Origin: a virus
Virus record (IMG/VR): IMGVR_UViG_3300022744_000003
Location: 1 to 64,000 of that record
Length of the DNA: 64,000 nucleotides
Strand: one strand, 5' to 3'
In this document: positions 34,732 through 43,206 of the stretch, in pieces
How the letters are laid out: each line of letters opens with the position of its first letter
How positions within the stretch are numbered: position 1 is the first letter of the stretch
Notes under the pieces: model-generated
Told to the model about the DNA's origin: nothing
What the model saw: the letters and a program-made list of their open reading frames with translations, nothing else
The model's database searches: none
Position numbers and translations under genes: made by a program

Positions 34732-34772
34732 CAGAAGGCCCGCCCCGAGAGTCACTCGGAACGGGCCTTCTG
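34732..34772 (-). promoter_or_regulatory. 11-bp-stem hairpin in the leader of 34348..34713
   Basis: CAGAAGGCCCG (34732..34742) pairs with CGGGCCTTCTG (34762..34772) and has an inner CCGAG/CTCGG stem. A second hairpin lies at 34783..34799. Confidence 0.45.
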
Positions 34773-34809
34773 GGCTTGTTTCGGGGCATACCTTGCCCCA
34801 CCTTCGGAT

Positions 34810-34956
34810 CTAATGGTACAGGAGGTCGAGGGTGATCTGCAAGCGGTGCACGCAGTCGGCGCAGACGAGGTCGCCGTTGTGCATGGCGACGAGAGTGCCG
34901 GGGAACAGCAGCTCACCGCCGGCACCGCACTCCGCGAAGTCCTCGATCTCGAACAT
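34810..34956 (-). CDS. small Cys-containing protein (48 aa), first gene of the - strand block, probably leaderless
   Basis: Hand-translated as MFEIEDFAECGAGGELLFPGTLVAMHNGDLVCADCVHRLQITLDLLYH. TATCCT lies 6 nt upstream of the ATG and there is no SD. Confidence 0.45.
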   Translation of the reverse strand: MFEIEDFAECGAGGELLFPGTLVAMHNGDLVCADCVHRLQITLDLLYH

Positions 34957-35279
34957 ACGTACAGGATAGGACGCAAAGGTTCCAGAAGGTAGCCCATAGA
35001 CGCGCGTGATCCTGTGGCTATAGGACCGATGGGTCCATGGGCTGTACTGCCGTACGGCTGGTACCTCCGGACCATCCTTCGGATGGAGTGGAGCCCTGCA
35101 GCGGAAGAGCGGTAGGGCTTGAGTGTAGCCAGGGCCTCGGGACGGTCAATAGTCACTTCGGGTGGTTCGGAGATGGTCATCCCAGGAGGTGCACGGAGAG
35201 GACGCGCGGGGCTACGTTGTCCCTCCGATCCGCGACCAGCCCTTGACGTGAACTACTACCGAGGGTGTAGGAAGGTGCC

Positions 35280-36518
35280 ATGCCCCGCTACTCCTCAGAG
35301 GCCTACCTCCTCTCCGCCCTGCTCACCAGCCGCGACGCCCACGGAGCCGAGAAGCGCGGCATCACCCCTGAGATGTTCGCCGGGTACGGCACGGAGTACC
35401 GGTGGTTCCTGTCCTACGTGAAGACCTACTCCGAGGTCCCGTCGATCGAGACGTTCAAGCAGAGGTTCCCCGGCTTCCCGCTGACCCCGAACGAGGACGT
35501 GCGCTTCTCGGCCGACGAGGTCCGCGAGGACTTCAACCGCCGCCAGCTCGCGAAGTCGATCAGAGGGGCGGCCGAGCACCTGCGCCAGGGCGACCTGGAC
35601 TCCGCGCTGCTGGAGTGGGGCGGGTTCTCCCCGAACAGGGCCGGGGTCGAGCTGCTGGACACCCTCGGGGACGACGCCTTCCTGGAGTTCTACGACTCAC
35701 CCAGGCTCCTGATCCCCACGCCGTGGGAGACCCTCACCACGCTGACCGGAGGCGGGATCCGGGTCGGGGACTACTGGGTGATCGCGGCCCGGCTGGGCCA
35801 GGGGAAGTCCTGGACGATGGCGGTGATGGCCTGCTTGGCGATCATGTCGGGGTTCAGAGTGATCATCTACTCCCTCGAGATGACCAAGGAGGACGTGCAT
35901 CAGCGGATGCACGCTCTGCTCGCGGTGCTCCTGGGCTACGAGGTCTCCTACTCCGAACTGCGCGACCGCACGTTCTCCCGCCGCGAGTACAAGGCGCTGC
36001 TGGCCGACATCCGCGACAACGTGCCGGGGAAGTTCTTCGTGGTCGACTCGACCTCGGGACCCATCTCGCCGGCCACCGTCGCCGCCCACTCCGAGGCGGC
36101 CGACCTGCACTTCGTCGACTACATCGGCCTCATGCGCAACACCGACGGAACCCGCAGCGTGGACGACTGGCGCAACGCGGCCTCGATCTCCAACCAGCTC
36201 AAGGAGGTCGCGCAGGCCAAGAGCACCCGGGTGGTGGCGCTGAGCCAGATCAACCGCGAGGGCGACACCGGGGGGTGGAAGCCGCCCAAGTCCAAGCACC
36301 TGTCCCAGGCCGACGCGATCGGGCAGGACGCCGACGTCATCATCACCGCGAAGAAGTACTCCGAGTCCGCGATGACCTACCTGTTGGACAAGAACCGCGG
36401 CGGCATCGGCAACCGGCTCTTCTGGACCAACTTCAGCCTGGACGGCGCGGCCAACTTCGACGAGATCAGCCGCGACCGCGCCGACGCGATCCGCGAGAGG
36501 GAGCAGACCGATGACTGA
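35280..36518 (+). CDS. dnaB: DnaB-family replicative helicase
   Basis: 412 aa. Walker A-like ARLGQGKSW. Contains IYSLEMTKED, VDYIGLM and LSQINREG. Confidence 0.85.
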   Translation: MPRYSSEAYLLSALLTSRDAHGAEKRGITPEMFAGYGTEYRWFLSYVKTYSEVPSIETFKQRFPGFPLTPNEDVRFSADEVREDFNRRQLAKSIRGAAEHLRQGDLDSALLEWGGFSPNRAGVELLDTLGDDAFLEFYDSPRLLIPTPWETLTTLTGGGIRVGDYWVIAARLGQGKSWTMAVMACLAIMSGFRVIIYSLEMTKEDVHQRMHALLAVLLGYEVSYSELRDRTFSRREYKALLADIRDNVPGKFFVVDSTSGPISPATVAAHSEAADLHFVDYIGLMRNTDGTRSVDDWRNAASISNQLKEVAQAKSTRVVALSQINREGDTGGWKPPKSKHLSQADAIGQDADVIITAKKYSESAMTYLLDKNRGGIGNRLFWTNFSLDGAANFDEISRDRADAIREREQTDD

Positions 36519-36669
36519 GCGAAACCCGCGCTGGAGGGTCTACCGCGGCAAGGTCTCCGGGATGTGGTGGGCCTCGCCGGTGGCGTACGACGACCGCGAG
36601 CGCCTGGCCGCCTTCTTCATCGACTGGGAAGACGCGTACGCGTACGCCTATGCGATGGCGTCGGCATGA
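36511..36669 (+). CDS. hypothetical small protein (52 aa)
   Basis: Hand-translated as MTERNPRWRVYRGKVSGMWWASPVAYDDRERLAAFFIDWEDAYAYAYAMASA. ATGA overlap with the next gene. Confidence 0.45.
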   Translation: MTERNPRWRVYRGKVSGMWWASPVAYDDRERLAAFFIDWEDAYAYAYAMASA

Positions 36670-37127
36670 CCTGGCTGCAGAACCTCCTGGTGTTCCTGGC
36701 CTGCTTCGCGATCGCACGCACCGCGCTCTACGCCCGGGACCGGATCGCCTGGCGCGGGTACGAGAGGAAGGCCGAGCTCTACCGGTCGCAGGCTGCGGCC
36801 GAGCACGCGCACGCGTACCGGGTCCGGATGATGGAGCATGAGTGCGACATCAGGGACGCCACCGGGGAGCCGGTCGAGCACGAGAACTGCCAGGCCTGCA
36901 ACGAGCGCCGGGACCGGCGGGACATCGCCCGGCTCAAGGACCGTACCCGCGCGCTGTCCGGTCCGCGCGTGCTGCCCCCCTGGGAGCGCGGAGAGGTCTG
37001 GTTCACCCTCGACGAGCAGGGCCGCCGCCACTACGGGGTCCTGCCGGCGCAGGTACCCGAGGTCGAGGTCCGGCGCATGGACCAGGCCGAGAGCGAGAAG
37101 TGGCGCGCTGACGGGAGGATCGGATGA
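36666..37127 (+). CDS. membrane-anchored protein (153 aa)
   Basis: ATGA overlap start. Has the N-terminal helix MTWLQNLLVFLACFAIARTALY. Lies inside ORF 36564..37127. Confidence 0.55.
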   Translation: MTWLQNLLVFLACFAIARTALYARDRIAWRGYERKAELYRSQAAAEHAHAYRVRMMEHECDIRDATGEPVEHENCQACNERRDRRDIARLKDRTRALSGPRVLPPWERGEVWFTLDEQGRRHYGVLPAQVPEVEVRRMDQAESEKWRADGRIG

Positions 37128-37972
37128 TCACCCTCGAGGAGGCCCTGGCCAAGGGCTACGGGACGTGGCGCTCGTTCACCTGCCCGGTGCACGACGACTC
37201 CTCCCCCTCCGCGCGCGTGAACACCCTCACGGGCCGCTGGGTCTGCATGGTGTGCGGGGCCAAGGGCAGCGCGGAGAACTACGAGCCCGACCCCGACAAG
37301 GTGCTGGACGCCGCGCTGTGGGCCGTCGACCAGCTCGACCGCGACGACATCTACCCCGAGTCCTGGCTCGACCAGTTCGACGCCCTCACCCCCGGGGACT
37401 ACTGGCTCTCGCGGTTCAGCGAGGAGACGTGCCGCAAGTACCGGTTCGGCTGGGACTCCCTGGAGATGCAGGCCGTCTACCCGTTCCGCGACGACGAGGG
37501 CCGGTGCCGCGGCGTCGTACGCCGGGCCCGTCCGGGGGAGAAGCCCAAGTACAAGTACCCCCAGGGGGTCGATGCGTCCAAGCACCTGTTCGGCTACCAC
37601 CTCGCCCACGGCGTCGACATCCTCGTGCTCACCGAGGGAGCACCGGACGCGGCTGCCGTTACCGACGTTTCCGGCATCCTGGAAACGCTCACCGGCCTGG
37701 TCTGGGCGCCGGGCGGGTGCTACGGCAAGACGTTGCACAAGGCCCAGGCGCGGCTGATCCACCGCCTGAACCCCACGGCTGTGATGCTGGGCTTCAACGC
37801 GGACGAGGCCGGGGAGAAGGGCCAGTGGCTGGCCGACCGCCGCCTGGGATACCAGGGGATCATCACGCACCAGACCGTCCTGCCGCCCGGCAAGGACCTC
37901 GCCGACCTGCGACCCTCCGTACGCATCGGCACCCTCCTGCACGCCCTTGAAACTTCCTCACTAAGCATCTAG
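37124..37972 (+). CDS. dnaG: DNA primase (zinc finger plus TOPRIM)
   Basis: 282 aa. Zinc finger is CPVHDDSSPSARV...WVCMVCG. TOPRIM-like ILVLTEGAPDAAAV. Confidence 0.75.
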   Translation: MITLEEALAKGYGTWRSFTCPVHDDSSPSARVNTLTGRWVCMVCGAKGSAENYEPDPDKVLDAALWAVDQLDRDDIYPESWLDQFDALTPGDYWLSRFSEETCRKYRFGWDSLEMQAVYPFRDDEGRCRGVVRRARPGEKPKYKYPQGVDASKHLFGYHLAHGVDILVLTEGAPDAAAVTDVSGILETLTGLVWAPGGCYGKTLHKAQARLIHRLNPTAVMLGFNADEAGEKGQWLADRRLGYQGIITHQTVLPPGKDLADLRPSVRIGTLLHALETSSLSI

Positions 37973-37982
37973 GTTGGCGGAC

Positions 37983-38384
37983 ATGGACGACATCATCAGA
38001 GAGCTCACCGAGTGGACGCTGGAGTTCGAGGCGGCCAAGCAGGCCGAGAGCGCGGCGATCGAGCGCCGGCAGGACGCCCAGGACCGCGTGTCCCGGCTGC
38101 TCGAGCAGCTCGGCGCCAAGACCCGGACGCTGGAGGACGGCGACCGCAAGGTCAAGGTCACCCGCTCCACCTCGGACTACGTCGCGAACGTGGACGAGAA
38201 GGGCCTGAAGAAGGCCGTGGGGGCGAAGGTCTGGCGGCTCATCACCGACGTGAAGCTCTCCCAGCCCAAGCTCAAGTCCGCGATCGAGAACGGCGAGGTC
38301 GACGCCCTGGTGGCGTCCAAGTACCTCGAGGTCAAGCAGAAGAAGCCGACGATCACCGTGACCGTCGTGAAGGAGGAGGACTGA
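37983..38384 (+). CDS. coiled-coil protein, weakly Gam/Gp157-like
   Basis: ATG 37983 (ORF track offers TTG 37974 as an alternative). N-terminal coiled coil, then KVKVTRSTSDYVANVDEKGLKKAVG. Confidence 0.5.
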   Translation: MDDIIRELTEWTLEFEAAKQAESAAIERRQDAQDRVSRLLEQLGAKTRTLEDGDRKVKVTRSTSDYVANVDEKGLKKAVGAKVWRLITDVKLSQPKLKSAIENGEVDALVASKYLEVKQKKPTITVTVVKEED

Positions 38385-38836
38385 TGGACCCTGCCACCCG
38401 GCTGGTCCGCACGCTGCCCGGCAACTACAAGAAGCTCAGCGAGGCGGCCGAGATCCTCGGCGTCAGCGACGACACGCTGCGCACGCTGCTCCAGGAGGCG
38501 GTCAGCAAGGGCGACGCCTCGGGGGCGCCGAGCAAGTTCGCGATGATGGGCCGCACGCGGATCTACCTCTACACCGACGAGGACATCGAGCGCATCCGCG
38601 GCATCCTCGCCGAGCGCCGCGAGGTCCGCTCGTTCGACCTCACCGCCGTCACCGGCCGCCCTCCGCTCTACACCAAGGAGGAGCGCGCCCATCGGACCCG
38701 GCTCAACGCCCGGGCCTGGTACTACCGCAACCGCATCAAGAAGCTCACAGAGACGGGCGCTCCTCGCAAGGAGGTCACCGCGGCCAAGAAGCGGCTGCGC
38801 GAGATCGAGGACGAGCTCGTCGAGACCGCGAAGTAG
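38384..38836 (+). CDS. HTH DNA-binding protein (MerR/excisionase-like fold)
   Basis: TGATG overlap start. Contains KKLSEAAEILGVSDDTLRTLLQEAV and a basic C-terminus. Confidence 0.55.
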   Translation: MDPATRLVRTLPGNYKKLSEAAEILGVSDDTLRTLLQEAVSKGDASGAPSKFAMMGRTRIYLYTDEDIERIRGILAERREVRSFDLTAVTGRPPLYTKEERAHRTRLNARAWYYRNRIKKLTETGAPRKEVTAAKKRLREIEDELVETAK

Positions 38837-38843
38837 GAGAACC

Positions 38844-39080
38844 ATGGCAGCCGCACGCACCACCACCGTCACCCAGGACTACATCAGCATGGGCGCGTCC
38901 CACGAGATCACCGTGGGCCGGCACCGCGACAAGGCATGGCCCAAGGCCGAGGTAGGCCGGTCGGTCCGTCCGGGCGAGTCCTTCGAGGACGCGCTGTCGG
39001 AGACGGCTGCTCTACTGGACCAGGCCATGACGGCCTCGATCCAGCAGGTCGTCGACCGGATCGAGAACCACTCGAACTGA
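38844..39080 (+). CDS. hypothetical protein (78 aa)
   Basis: ORF track entry. GGAGAACC RBS. Confidence 0.55.
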   Translation: MAAARTTTVTQDYISMGASHEITVGRHRDKAWPKAEVGRSVRPGESFEDALSETAALLDQAMTASIQQVVDRIENHSN

Positions 39081-39091
39081 CCACCGAAGTA

Positions 39092-39139
39092 GTCCTTTCT
39101 AGTCATAGACACCTTCCGGTCTAGGCGACTAGAAAGTAC
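39092..39139. promoter_or_regulatory. AT-rich 13-bp inverted repeat (operator/terminator candidate)
   Basis: GTCCTTTCTAGTC (39092..39104) pairs with GACTAGAAAGTAC (39127..39139), 12 of 13 complementary, with a 22-nt spacer. GCCACCGGCA occurs twice downstream. Confidence 0.45.
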
Positions 39140-39204
39140 CCAGGCACCGCCACCGGCAAGCCACCAGGGCAACGCCACCGGCACCGCACACACAGGAGAC
39201 ACAG

Positions 39205-40044
39205 ATGCAGTTCGGAACCCCCGCCAAGGACGTCGTCGAGTCGTCGGGCAACTACCTCCGCAGCTTCGGAGCCGGAGACACCAAGGTCCGCTTCTACGAG
39301 GACATCCCGGAGTGGATCGCCTACTGGGAGCACTTCCTGGGCAAGAAGTCCTTCCCCTGCACCGGGGACCGCAACTCCTGCCCGGGCTGCGTCCACGAGG
39401 ACGAGAAGGTCCGCAAGGCCTCCCGCCGCTACGCCGCCAACGTCCTGCTGGTCGACCGCGGCGTGGTCCTGCCGTTCAAGCTCCCCTCGACGGTGAAGAA
39501 GCGCTGCGAGGCGCGCGCCGCCCGCAACGACGGCTCGATCACCACCCGCGACTACACGGTCATCAAGACCGGCCAGAACCTCGACACCGAGTACGACGTC
39601 GAGCAGGAGGAGAAGTACGAGGTCGACTGGGACAAGTACGAGGAGTCCCTGTCGGACCTGCAGGACATCCTGCGCGAGTCGTTCGAGGAGGTCTGGGGCG
39701 AGGGCTCGGCGGAGGAGTACTTCGCCAAGGCCTCCCGCGCCGGCGACAAGCCCGCGGCCACGGTCCAGAAGCGCCGCAACGAGACGGTCGACGACCAGCT
39801 CGACCGCTGGGCCGAGGAGGGCAAGACCAAGCCCAAGACCACCCGGACCAAGAAGGCCGAGCCGGAGGTCGAGCCGGAGGAGGACGAGGTCAAGGGCGAG
39901 GACATCGAGATCGACGAGGACACCCTGCGCAGCATGGGCCTCATCGACCTCATCGCCCTGGCCGACAAGGGCGGGGTCGACATCAAGGGCCTGAGCAGCG
40001 CGGACGAGATCATCGCCCGCATCCTCGACGAGCCCCCGTACTAG
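39205..40044 (+). CDS. putative ssDNA-binding protein (gp32-like, Zn-binding Cys cluster, acidic C-tail)
   Basis: AGGAGA RBS. Contains FPCTGDRNSCPGCVHEDEK. Long acidic tail ending ILDEPPY. Sits within the replication module. Confidence 0.5.
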   Translation: MQFGTPAKDVVESSGNYLRSFGAGDTKVRFYEDIPEWIAYWEHFLGKKSFPCTGDRNSCPGCVHEDEKVRKASRRYAANVLLVDRGVVLPFKLPSTVKKRCEARAARNDGSITTRDYTVIKTGQNLDTEYDVEQEEKYEVDWDKYEESLSDLQDILRESFEEVWGEGSAEEYFAKASRAGDKPAATVQKRRNETVDDQLDRWAEEGKTKPKTTRTKKAEPEVEPEEDEVKGEDIEIDEDTLRSMGLIDLIALADKGGVDIKGLSSADEIIARILDEPPY

Positions 40045-40047
40045 GAG

Positions 40048-40275
40048 ATGGACATGGACGACATCGAGCGCCGGTTCTCGTACCACCCGCCCTCGACAGG
40101 AGAGGTCGTGGCCGCCCACCAGGAGGTCCGCACGGCCTGCTCGGACGTGGCCACGCGGTTCAACGCCACCCTCCCCGAGGGGCGCGAGAAGGCCCTCGCG
40201 CTGACCAAGCTCGAGGAGGCGATGTTCTGGGCCAACGCCGCGATCGCGCGGAACCCCTCGAACATCACCCACTGA
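40048..40275 (+). CDS. conserved small phage protein (75 aa), unknown
   Basis: Contains RFSYHPPS...LPEGREKALALTKLEEAMFWANAAI, a motif I recognise from many phage ORFs of unknown role. Confidence 0.55.
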   Translation: MDMDDIERRFSYHPPSTGEVVAAHQEVRTACSDVATRFNATLPEGREKALALTKLEEAMFWANAAIARNPSNITH

Positions 40276-40375
40276 TCCGATCTTCGCCCCCCTTCGCCGC
40301 GCGGCAGGGGGCGGAGGTCCAGGACTGATCACCCTGGTCCGGCTCAGCCCTGGCGGGCAGCCCCATAGCGGGGCG

Positions 40376-40400
40376 GCGGGTTCGATCCCCGCGAGTCGAC
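40376..40400 (+). other. tRNA 3'-half-like fragment (T-arm plus acceptor-like strand)
   Basis: Reads GCGGG TTCGATC CCCGC GAGTCGA C. No matching 5' acceptor strand and no 7-nt anticodon loop upstream. Confidence 0.35.
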
Positions 40401-40440
40401 GTTAGGAGCATCGCTCCCCCACGAGAAAGGCCCTCCCCCC

Positions 40441-43206
40441 ATGGGCATCACGGTCATCCGCAAGCCGGTCCCGCAGGACCTCTGGAACCTGCACGTCCAC
40501 TCGAAGTACTCGGCCACCGACGCCCTGCCCGAGCCCGCCGACCTCGTCGCCCGGGCCAAGGCGATGCGCCAGCCCGCGCTGGGCATGACCGACCACGGCA
40601 ACTCGGCCGCCACGGTGAAGTTCTACAAGGCCGCCATGGCCGCGGGGATCAAGCCGTTCCCCGGCAGCGAGCTCTACGTCGTGCGCGACCGCGCGGCGCA
40701 CGCGGCCGCGGTGAAGAAGCGGATCGCGGACCGCGACCCCATCGACGCGCAGAACGCCAAGCGCTACCACATGTGCGTGGCGGCCTTCACGTCCGAGGGC
40801 TACGTCAACCTCGTCAACCTGCAGACGATGACCCACGCGAACTTCCACGGCAAGCCCATCATCGACTTCCGCGACATCGCGGCCCTGGGCGAGGCGGGCT
40901 TCCTCAAGGGGATCGCCGGGACCTCGGGCTGCTACTTCGGCCTGCCCGTCACCCTGCTCACCCAGGGCGACACGGTCGGGACCAAGACCATCCTGACCAC
41001 GATGGCCCGGGCGTTCGACCGCTTCTACGTCGAGCTCCAGAACCACAACATCGTCCACGACGACGGGTACTGGACCGACGACCTCGTGGCCGACGCGATG
41101 CACCTCGTCGCGCAGGACCTCGGGCTCCCGTGCATCCTCACCCAGGACTCCCACTACACGATCCCAGGAGACCGTCATGACCACGAATCCCTCAAGCGCC
41201 TGGTCGCCTTCGGCCCCGACCCCGACGAGGCCGTCTTCCCCGGCGACGGCTTCCACCTGGCCGACGCCGAGTGGTTCCTTTCGCATCACGAAGGCGATCG
41301 TCTTCGGGCCGGCCGGGAAGGCCTCGCCGACCTTCTCGAAGCCCACGACCTGAGCATCCCGGCTCTGGACAACTACGCCTACAACATCCCGATCACGGTC
41401 GCGGATCCGGACGCCGACCTCGCGCTGCGCTGCCACGAGGCGCTCGACGCGATGCACGACAGCAAGCGCAGGCTCGTCGGCCAGCGGCACTACGACCGGC
41501 TTCTCGACGAGCTGGAGATCATCAAGGACACCGGCATGGCCGGGTACATCCTGCTCGTGGGGGAGTGCACGGACTGGCTGCGCGAGAACCACGTCTTCTA
41601 CCAGGCGAGGGGATCGGCCTCGGGGTCGATCGTCTGCTGGCTGATGGGGATCACGCAGTTGGACCCGCTGCGCTGGGGCCTGTCCTTCGAGCGCTTCATC
41701 AGCCGTGACCGGACCAAGCCCCCGGACATCGACCTCGACATCGAGCACGACCGCCGGGCCGAGTTCATCACCTGGCTCTCGGGCCGGTTCTCCGTGCACC
41801 AGATCGGAACCTGGACGAAGTTCTCCCTCAAGGGCGACTACGACGAGGGCGGCGAGCCCACCGGCGCCGGGTCGCTGCTGCGCCGCTACTTCACCCGCCT
41901 GAACGCGACCGGCGCGGAGAAGATGGAGTGGAACGACATCCCGGACGAGGACAAGGCCGACATGTACCGGCTCTCGGACCGCAAGCTCCTGAGCCACTAC
42001 GGCGTCCACCCCGCAGGCCTGGTGCTCACCTCGAGCGAGGCCGAGCTGCGCGACCTCGTCCCGCTCATGCAGGTCGCCTCGAGCAGCACGATGGTGACCC
42101 AGTACGACATGAAGGACGTCGAGGCCCTGGGCCTGGTCAAGCTCGACGTCCTCGGGCTCAAGACCCTCACGGTGCTGCACCGCGCGCTGGACAATCTGGG
42201 CCGGGACTACGCGGACGGCTTCGACTGGATCCCGCTGACCGACTCTCCGACCTACACGATGATCGGCAAGGGCGTCACGGACGGGGTGTTCCAGTTGGAG
42301 GGCTACGCCGCCCGCCGCGGCTGCGGTGACCTCAAGCCCACGAAGATCGGCGACGTGATCGCGGCCATGGCGCTGTTCCGGCCGGCCACCATGAACAGCG
42401 GGATGACCGAGTCCTACATCTCGCGCAAGAAGGGCCGCGAGTCGCTGCCCAAGCGGCACGACATCATCATGCGCCACACCAAGGACACCTACGGGATCCC
42501 GCTCTACCAGGAGCAGATCATCTCGATCCTGCGCGACCTGGGGATGAGCCCCGACGACCTCACCCTGTTCCTCAAGGCTGTGAAGTCCTCGAACGACAAC
42601 GTCGAGTGGGCCCGCGGGATCATCGAGCACTTCAAGCCCCAGCTCCAGGACGAGGCGAACCGGCTCGGCTTCTCGACGCCGGACTGGGCGTGGCTCTGGA
42701 ACGCGATCGAGGGCTTCGGCGAGTACGGCTTCAACGCCGCGCACGCCACGGCGTACGGGCTCACCGCGTACCGCTGCGCCTACCTGCTCAAGCACCACCC
42801 GGTCGAGTTCTACGCCGCCCTGCTGTCCGTAGCGGCGGGCCAGAGCAAGGCCAAGAACGAGAAGCAGTCCAAGGAGCAGCGCTACGCCTCGGCCGCGCGC
42901 CGCGACGGCATCCGGCTGCTGCGCCCGGACGTGAACTACTCCGGCGTCACGTACTCGGTGGACCCCCGGGGGCGTGGGATCCGCCGCGGGCTGGTGGCGA
43001 TCAAGGGCATCGGGGAGACCAACGCCAGGGCGATCGTCGAGGCGCGGGCGGACGGCCCGTTCACCTCGCTGGAGGACTTCGCCCAGCGCGTCGACCACCG
43101 CAAGGTGAACGGCATCAAGCCCTTCCTGCTCGAGGGGGACAAGACCGTGGGGAAGTTCGGGATCCTGGTCGACACCGGGGCCTTCGACAGCATCGAGGAG
43201 ATGTGA
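40441..43206 (+). CDS. dnaE: DNA polymerase III alpha subunit (PHP plus polymerase core)
   Basis: 921 aa. PHP motif is LHVHSKYSATDA...GMTDHGN. Also FERFISRDRTKPPDIDLDIEHDRR and GLVKLDVLGLKTL. Confidence 0.9.
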   Translation: MGITVIRKPVPQDLWNLHVHSKYSATDALPEPADLVARAKAMRQPALGMTDHGNSAATVKFYKAAMAAGIKPFPGSELYVVRDRAAHAAAVKKRIADRDPIDAQNAKRYHMCVAAFTSEGYVNLVNLQTMTHANFHGKPIIDFRDIAALGEAGFLKGIAGTSGCYFGLPVTLLTQGDTVGTKTILTTMARAFDRFYVELQNHNIVHDDGYWTDDLVADAMHLVAQDLGLPCILTQDSHYTIPGDRHDHESLKRLVAFGPDPDEAVFPGDGFHLADAEWFLSHHEGDRLRAGREGLADLLEAHDLSIPALDNYAYNIPITVADPDADLALRCHEALDAMHDSKRRLVGQRHYDRLLDELEIIKDTGMAGYILLVGECTDWLRENHVFYQARGSASGSIVCWLMGITQLDPLRWGLSFERFISRDRTKPPDIDLDIEHDRRAEFITWLSGRFSVHQIGTWTKFSLKGDYDEGGEPTGAGSLLRRYFTRLNATGAEKMEWNDIPDEDKADMYRLSDRKLLSHYGVHPAGLVLTSSEAELRDLVPLMQVASSSTMVTQYDMKDVEALGLVKLDVLGLKTLTVLHRALDNLGRDYADGFDWIPLTDSPTYTMIGKGVTDGVFQLEGYAARRGCGDLKPTKIGDVIAAMALFRPATMNSGMTESYISRKKGRESLPKRHDIIMRHTKDTYGIPLYQEQIISILRDLGMSPDDLTLFLKAVKSSNDNVEWARGIIEHFKPQLQDEANRLGFSTPDWAWLWNAIEGFGEYGFNAAHATAYGLTAYRCAYLLKHHPVEFYAALLSVAAGQSKAKNEKQSKEQRYASAARRDGIRLLRPDVNYSGVTYSVDPRGRGIRRGLVAIKGIGETNARAIVEARADGPFTSLEDFAQRVDHRKVNGIKPFLLEGDKTVGKFGILVDTGAFDSIEEM

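Noticed and set aside
34752-35180. 142-aa minus-strand ORF in the divergent control region.
   Set aside because: It has no SD, and its GC3 is much lower than in neighbouring genes. Its C-terminal half overlaps the better-supported 48-aa gene in another frame and reads as Ser/Cys/Thr/Arg-rich noise. It is kept only as a possibility in the control-region finding.
40344-40613. 89-aa minus-strand ORF overlapping the tRNA-like fragment and the dnaE start.
   Set aside because: It is antisense to the dnaE 5' end, has no RBS and has implausible composition.
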